Below are positions 60,951 through 64,000 of a stretch of 64,000 bases of DNA, one piece after another. Origin of the DNA: Phycisphaeraceae bacterium (GTDB taxonomy: Bacteria; Planctomycetota; Phycisphaerae; Phycisphaerales; Phycisphaeraceae). Both the position numbers and the translations under genes were made by a program. The notes beneath the pieces are model-generated. The model saw only the letters and a list, made by a program, of their open reading frames with translations. It searched no databases and was not told the origin of the DNA. Where the stretch lies: assembly GCA_963674705.1 (NCBI GenBank), contig OY771506.1, forward strand, positions 2,624,001-2,688,000, written 5' to 3'. Positions within the stretch are counted from its first letter, which is position 1. Every line of letters begins with the position of its first letter.

Positions 60951-62792
60951 TTATCGGAAACGATTGCACATCATTACTGAAGAAATCCCCAACAATATTA
61001 AAGTGCCCGGTTCGGGGATAGAGGAATATATAGTTGCACCAGGAGGAGTGTCGGTGTTCCAGTTGGCCAGTAATAAATCCAAGTCATCCAGCCCGACATA
61101 ACCGTCGCCGGTAGTATCACCGGCGGTGAAGTCCCAGGGGGTGACGGATTGATTCCAGTTATTCAAGATGATGTCCAGATCGTCGAGGCCGACGAAGCCG
61201 TCGCCGTTGAAGTCGCCTGATGGGCGGGTGTTGGCGACGAAGATACCGGACGTACCGTCGGTGAAGGTTAGAGTGAATGCGAGCTGGCCGGCATTGTTAA
61301 ATGATGGCGGCTGGCCGTTATTACCGGTATCGCTCGCAGAGAGGAAAGCAAATGAATCGATGGTCTTGTACTCTTCAATAAATGGATCGTCGTTGACATC
61401 GAATAAGTCATCCTCTCGAACGATAAGTTGGAGCGTGCCCGTACTGTTGATAACCCATAGACCACCATCATTCAATTCAGTGATGCCCGGGCCGTTAAGC
61501 AAAGCCCCGAAGGCAACCTGTCCCACGTCATTGAGCAATAGTGAGCTAGTGAAGTCACCACGGAAGACAACTCCCGGCTCGAAGCCCGGTGCGGGTTGGC
61601 CGGTTCTGATAAGAAGCTGCGGTGCATCACCTCGATCAATCCAGATGCTGCCATTGTTCGTCTGATCGACGCTGTCGCCATGTAACCTGGCAGTGAACAC
61701 ACAGTCCCCATTGCTGTTGATGGCGGGATTAGAAAAATCGAAGAATCTGACGCCGGCTTCGGTGCCGGGGGCCGGCTGACCTCCGCGGGCAATGAGCGAC
61801 AAGTCATCACTTCGTTGCGCCCATAGGCCCCATTTGTTGAGATCGTCAACATCTGGTCCAGCCAATACGGCGCGGAAGACCACATCGCCTGTGTCATGAA
61901 TCACAGGTTTTGTAAAGATGTAGTAGTACTCGTCAGGCGCTGTTCCCGGGGCATGCGTCCCCTCCCGGGCAATCATAGAAAAAGCACCTGAATTGCCTGC
62001 CCAGATGGCTGTGTCATTTGAAGGGTATACCCCGTTACCCGTCAGTATGCCCAGGATTGCAGCTTGCCCGTTGGTGTTGAGTGACACGTTTTGTTGTTCA
62101 TAGGTTAAATAAAACAACGCGTGCGTTGCTGAATCCACGACGGGATCGCCTGATCGGGAGACCATGTTTAACGCACCCGGTTCGCCGTACCAGACGCCCA
62201 TGCTGTTGTCAGCATTCACACCTGCGCCAATCAGCGACGCCAGGATTGTGGTTTGGCCGGAGGCATTAAATGAAGTTCCTCGTATGGTGTTGAATTCTGA
62301 TCCGGTACCGGGAGCGATATCGCCAATCTGAAGAAGTAACTCGATGTTATTGTTGGCAAGACGCCACAAACCTTGGCCGTTGCTCAATGGGCCGTATGTC
62401 TGGCCCCCGAGCAGAAAGTCACCCATATTGTTTATCTTCCCGCCCACACTTGTAAAGTAAGTGCCCGGCTCTGCACCAGTTGCCGGGTCGCCGGTTTGAA
62501 TGACAAGTTCGATACCATCTTGGGATGCAAGCCATAGCCCGGCTGAGTAAGTGCCGGCCGGGATCGAAGGCCCGCTTAATTCACCTCGGATCAATAGCTG
62601 TCCGGCATCGTTGATCGTGGGGTTGAATAATCTGGAAAAGACAACATCCGGATCGGTTCCCGGTGCGGCCTGGTCAGTCATCACAACCGTTTGGAATGTG
62701 ATTGCTGCTTGTGTGTTGCTACTGAACGCAAAAGAAAGTACCAGCATCGCGCTCGTCATTATCGACAGCGCGCTTGTATATCTCGTGTGCAT
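60951..62792 (-). CDS. NxxGxxAF tandem-repeat protein with dockerin-like domain and PEP-CTERM
   Basis: INDAGQ, LNTNGQ and LNDVGQVAF repeats with G.PAPGT; GDFNGDGFVGLDDLD twice; IPEP-TM-R. Confidence 0.9.
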   Translation of the reverse strand: MHTRYTSALSIMTSAMLVLSFAFSSNTQAAITFQTVVMTDQAAPGTDPDVVFSRLFNPTINDAGQLLIRGELSGPSIPAGTYSAGLWLASQDGIELVIQTGDPATGAEPGTYFTSVGGKINNMGDFLLGGQTYGPLSNGQGLWRLANNNIELLLQIGDIAPGTGSEFNTIRGTSFNASGQTTILASLIGAGVNADNSMGVWYGEPGALNMVSRSGDPVVDSATHALFYLTYEQQNVSLNTNGQAAILGILTGNGVYPSNDTAIWAGNSGAFSMIAREGTHAPGTAPDEYYYIFTKPVIHDTGDVVFRAVLAGPDVDDLNKWGLWAQRSDDLSLIARGGQPAPGTEAGVRFFDFSNPAINSNGDCVFTARLHGDSVDQTNNGSIWIDRGDAPQLLIRTGQPAPGFEPGVVFRGDFTSSLLLNDVGQVAFGALLNGPGITELNDGGLWVINSTGTLQLIVREDDLFDVNDDPFIEEYKTIDSFAFLSASDTGNNGQPPSFNNAGQLAFTLTFTDGTSGIFVANTRPSGDFNGDGFVGLDDLDIILNNWNQSVTPWDFTAGDTTGDGYVGLDDLDLLLANWNTDTPPGATIYSSIPEPGTLILLGISSVMMCNRFR

Positions 62793-63068
62793 GACCTAGC
62801 CCCCTATATAAAGAAACTGTCTTCGGGGGCGATGTTAACAGTTGGGCTAAGGCGTTTCAATGCATATCGATTCAACAAGCCTGATATTGACATCCTGTAC
62901 CATCCCTGCATCAATCAAGCGATCTGTTCCTCGTACAGAAACCCGGCATGGCATGTCTTTCAGCGCATCAAAATGCGCGATGCGATTGTTTTAATGGAAT
63001 GCGATACGTAGAGAGATGTCTGACTGGCATGGTTGGGTAATATAGGGATTCAAAGCTCAATCGTAACG

Positions 63069-63599
63069 CTACTTGTTGTCCCGGCCTTCGATGCGTTCGA
63101 TGTCTTTGATGTAGGCTTCGGTGCGGTCGAGTTCGCGCTTCAGGTGGCGAACGCGCAGCAGGCTCTTGACGCGGGTGATGAGTTCTAGTTTGTTAACCGG
63201 TTTGGTGACGAAGTCATCGGTGCCGGACTCGACGCCGCGTTCGATGTCGCCCAGTTCGTTGAGCGCGGTCACCATCATGATGGGGATGGTGCGTGTCTCG
63301 GGGTCGTTTTTCAGCCGCTTGCAGACGTCGAAGCCTGACATCTTGGGCATCATGACGTCGAGCAGGATCAGGTCGGGGGTCGGGCGGTCCGGGTCTTCGA
63401 TCAGCTCGATCGCTTCCAGGCCGTCGTAGGCGGTCAGGACCTGGCAGGGCATGTCGTCGAGGTAGGCCTGCATCAGTTCGACGTTCTGCTGGTTGTCATC
63501 AACGACGAGGATGACGGACTGGCTGAGGTCGATCTGCTCCTGGTCGGCGTTGGCGATCGTATTGTTGCCCGTCTGGTCGGGACTGTTGGTATCTGTCAT
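63069..63599 (-). CDS. Response regulator receiver protein
   Basis: ILVVDD, LLDVMMP, VTA and DFVTKP. Confidence 0.95.
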   Translation of the reverse strand: MTDTNSPDQTGNNTIANADQEQIDLSQSVILVVDDNQQNVELMQAYLDDMPCQVLTAYDGLEAIELIEDPDRPTPDLILLDVMMPKMSGFDVCKRLKNDPETRTIPIMMVTALNELGDIERGVESGTDDFVTKPVNKLELITRVKSLLRVRHLKRELDRTEAYIKDIERIEGRDNK

Positions 63600-64000
63600 A
63601 GCTGAGAATCCTGAGTGATCATCTCCAGGCGTTGTGCCAGGCGTTTAAGTGCCGGCTCCTCGGCCGACTGGAGTCTTTGCCGCAGTGCTTTGAGGTCCTT
63701 GACGTCGTCTACATCCTGCCAGGTGGGCAGTTGCTCGAACGTCAGGCCGGCCTTTTGTGCGGCATCACGCGTCTGATGGTACACCGCAGTGGTGCCCCAG
63801 TCGATGCCGGCCAGCAATTCGGGGGTATATCGTCGAGCAGCCAGGCACCAATAACCTCCATCATCCACCGGGCCACACGCCGCGTCGGCTGACTGAAGGG
63901 CGATGGGGATGCTATCCAGGTGTGATTTCGGCACATCCGGGCAGTCCACGCCGAAGAACACAGCCGATCCAGATCCGATCTGACGCCAGACGTGGTCCAG
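63596..64000 (-). CDS. DUF2064 / TIGR04282-type glycosyltransferase (5' end lies outside the window)
   Basis: GVDCP, GPVDDGGYW, IDWGT and DVDDVKDL. Confidence 0.88.
   Translation of the reverse strand: MDHVWRQIGSGSAVFFGVDCPDVPKSHLDSIPIALQSADAACGPVDDGGYWCLAARRYTPELLAGIDWGTTAVYHQTRDAAQKAGLTFEQLPTWQDVDDVKDLKALRQRLQSAEEPALKRLAQRLEMITQDSQL

Overview
The window is chromosomal DNA from a planctomycete; 16S signatures and gene content point to class Phycisphaerae. Left to right it contains: an intact IS3-family element; two tandem REP-associated HUH/Y1 transposase (RAYT) loci with REP palindromes bracketing a PEP-CTERM gene; a KAP NTPase; a 16S rRNA gene with no adjacent 23S; a large multimodular GH128-like glucanase; envelope and metabolic genes; a 1.1 kb repeat-rich non-coding stretch; a divergent porin+MCP / solute-binding protein+MCP sensory cluster; tRNA-Val(CAC); an Fe3+-type ABC transporter; two sulfotransferases; two tandem flagellins with long structured leaders; and a response regulator. 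Eight PEP-CTERM proteins, four with a dockerin-like domain, are scattered through the window. The most striking oddity is a PEP-CTERM protein (39439-40095) whose signal peptide is replaced by the first 17 residues of EF-Tu. Other leads are a CsrA-type hairpin plus an 'MSR*' mini-ORF in a flagellin leader, sulfotransferases with a sigma28-like -10 element near the flagellins, at least eight REP-like families, and sharp local C-rich/G-rich strand-asymmetry switches. All product calls come from motif recognition by eye; no database searches were run.
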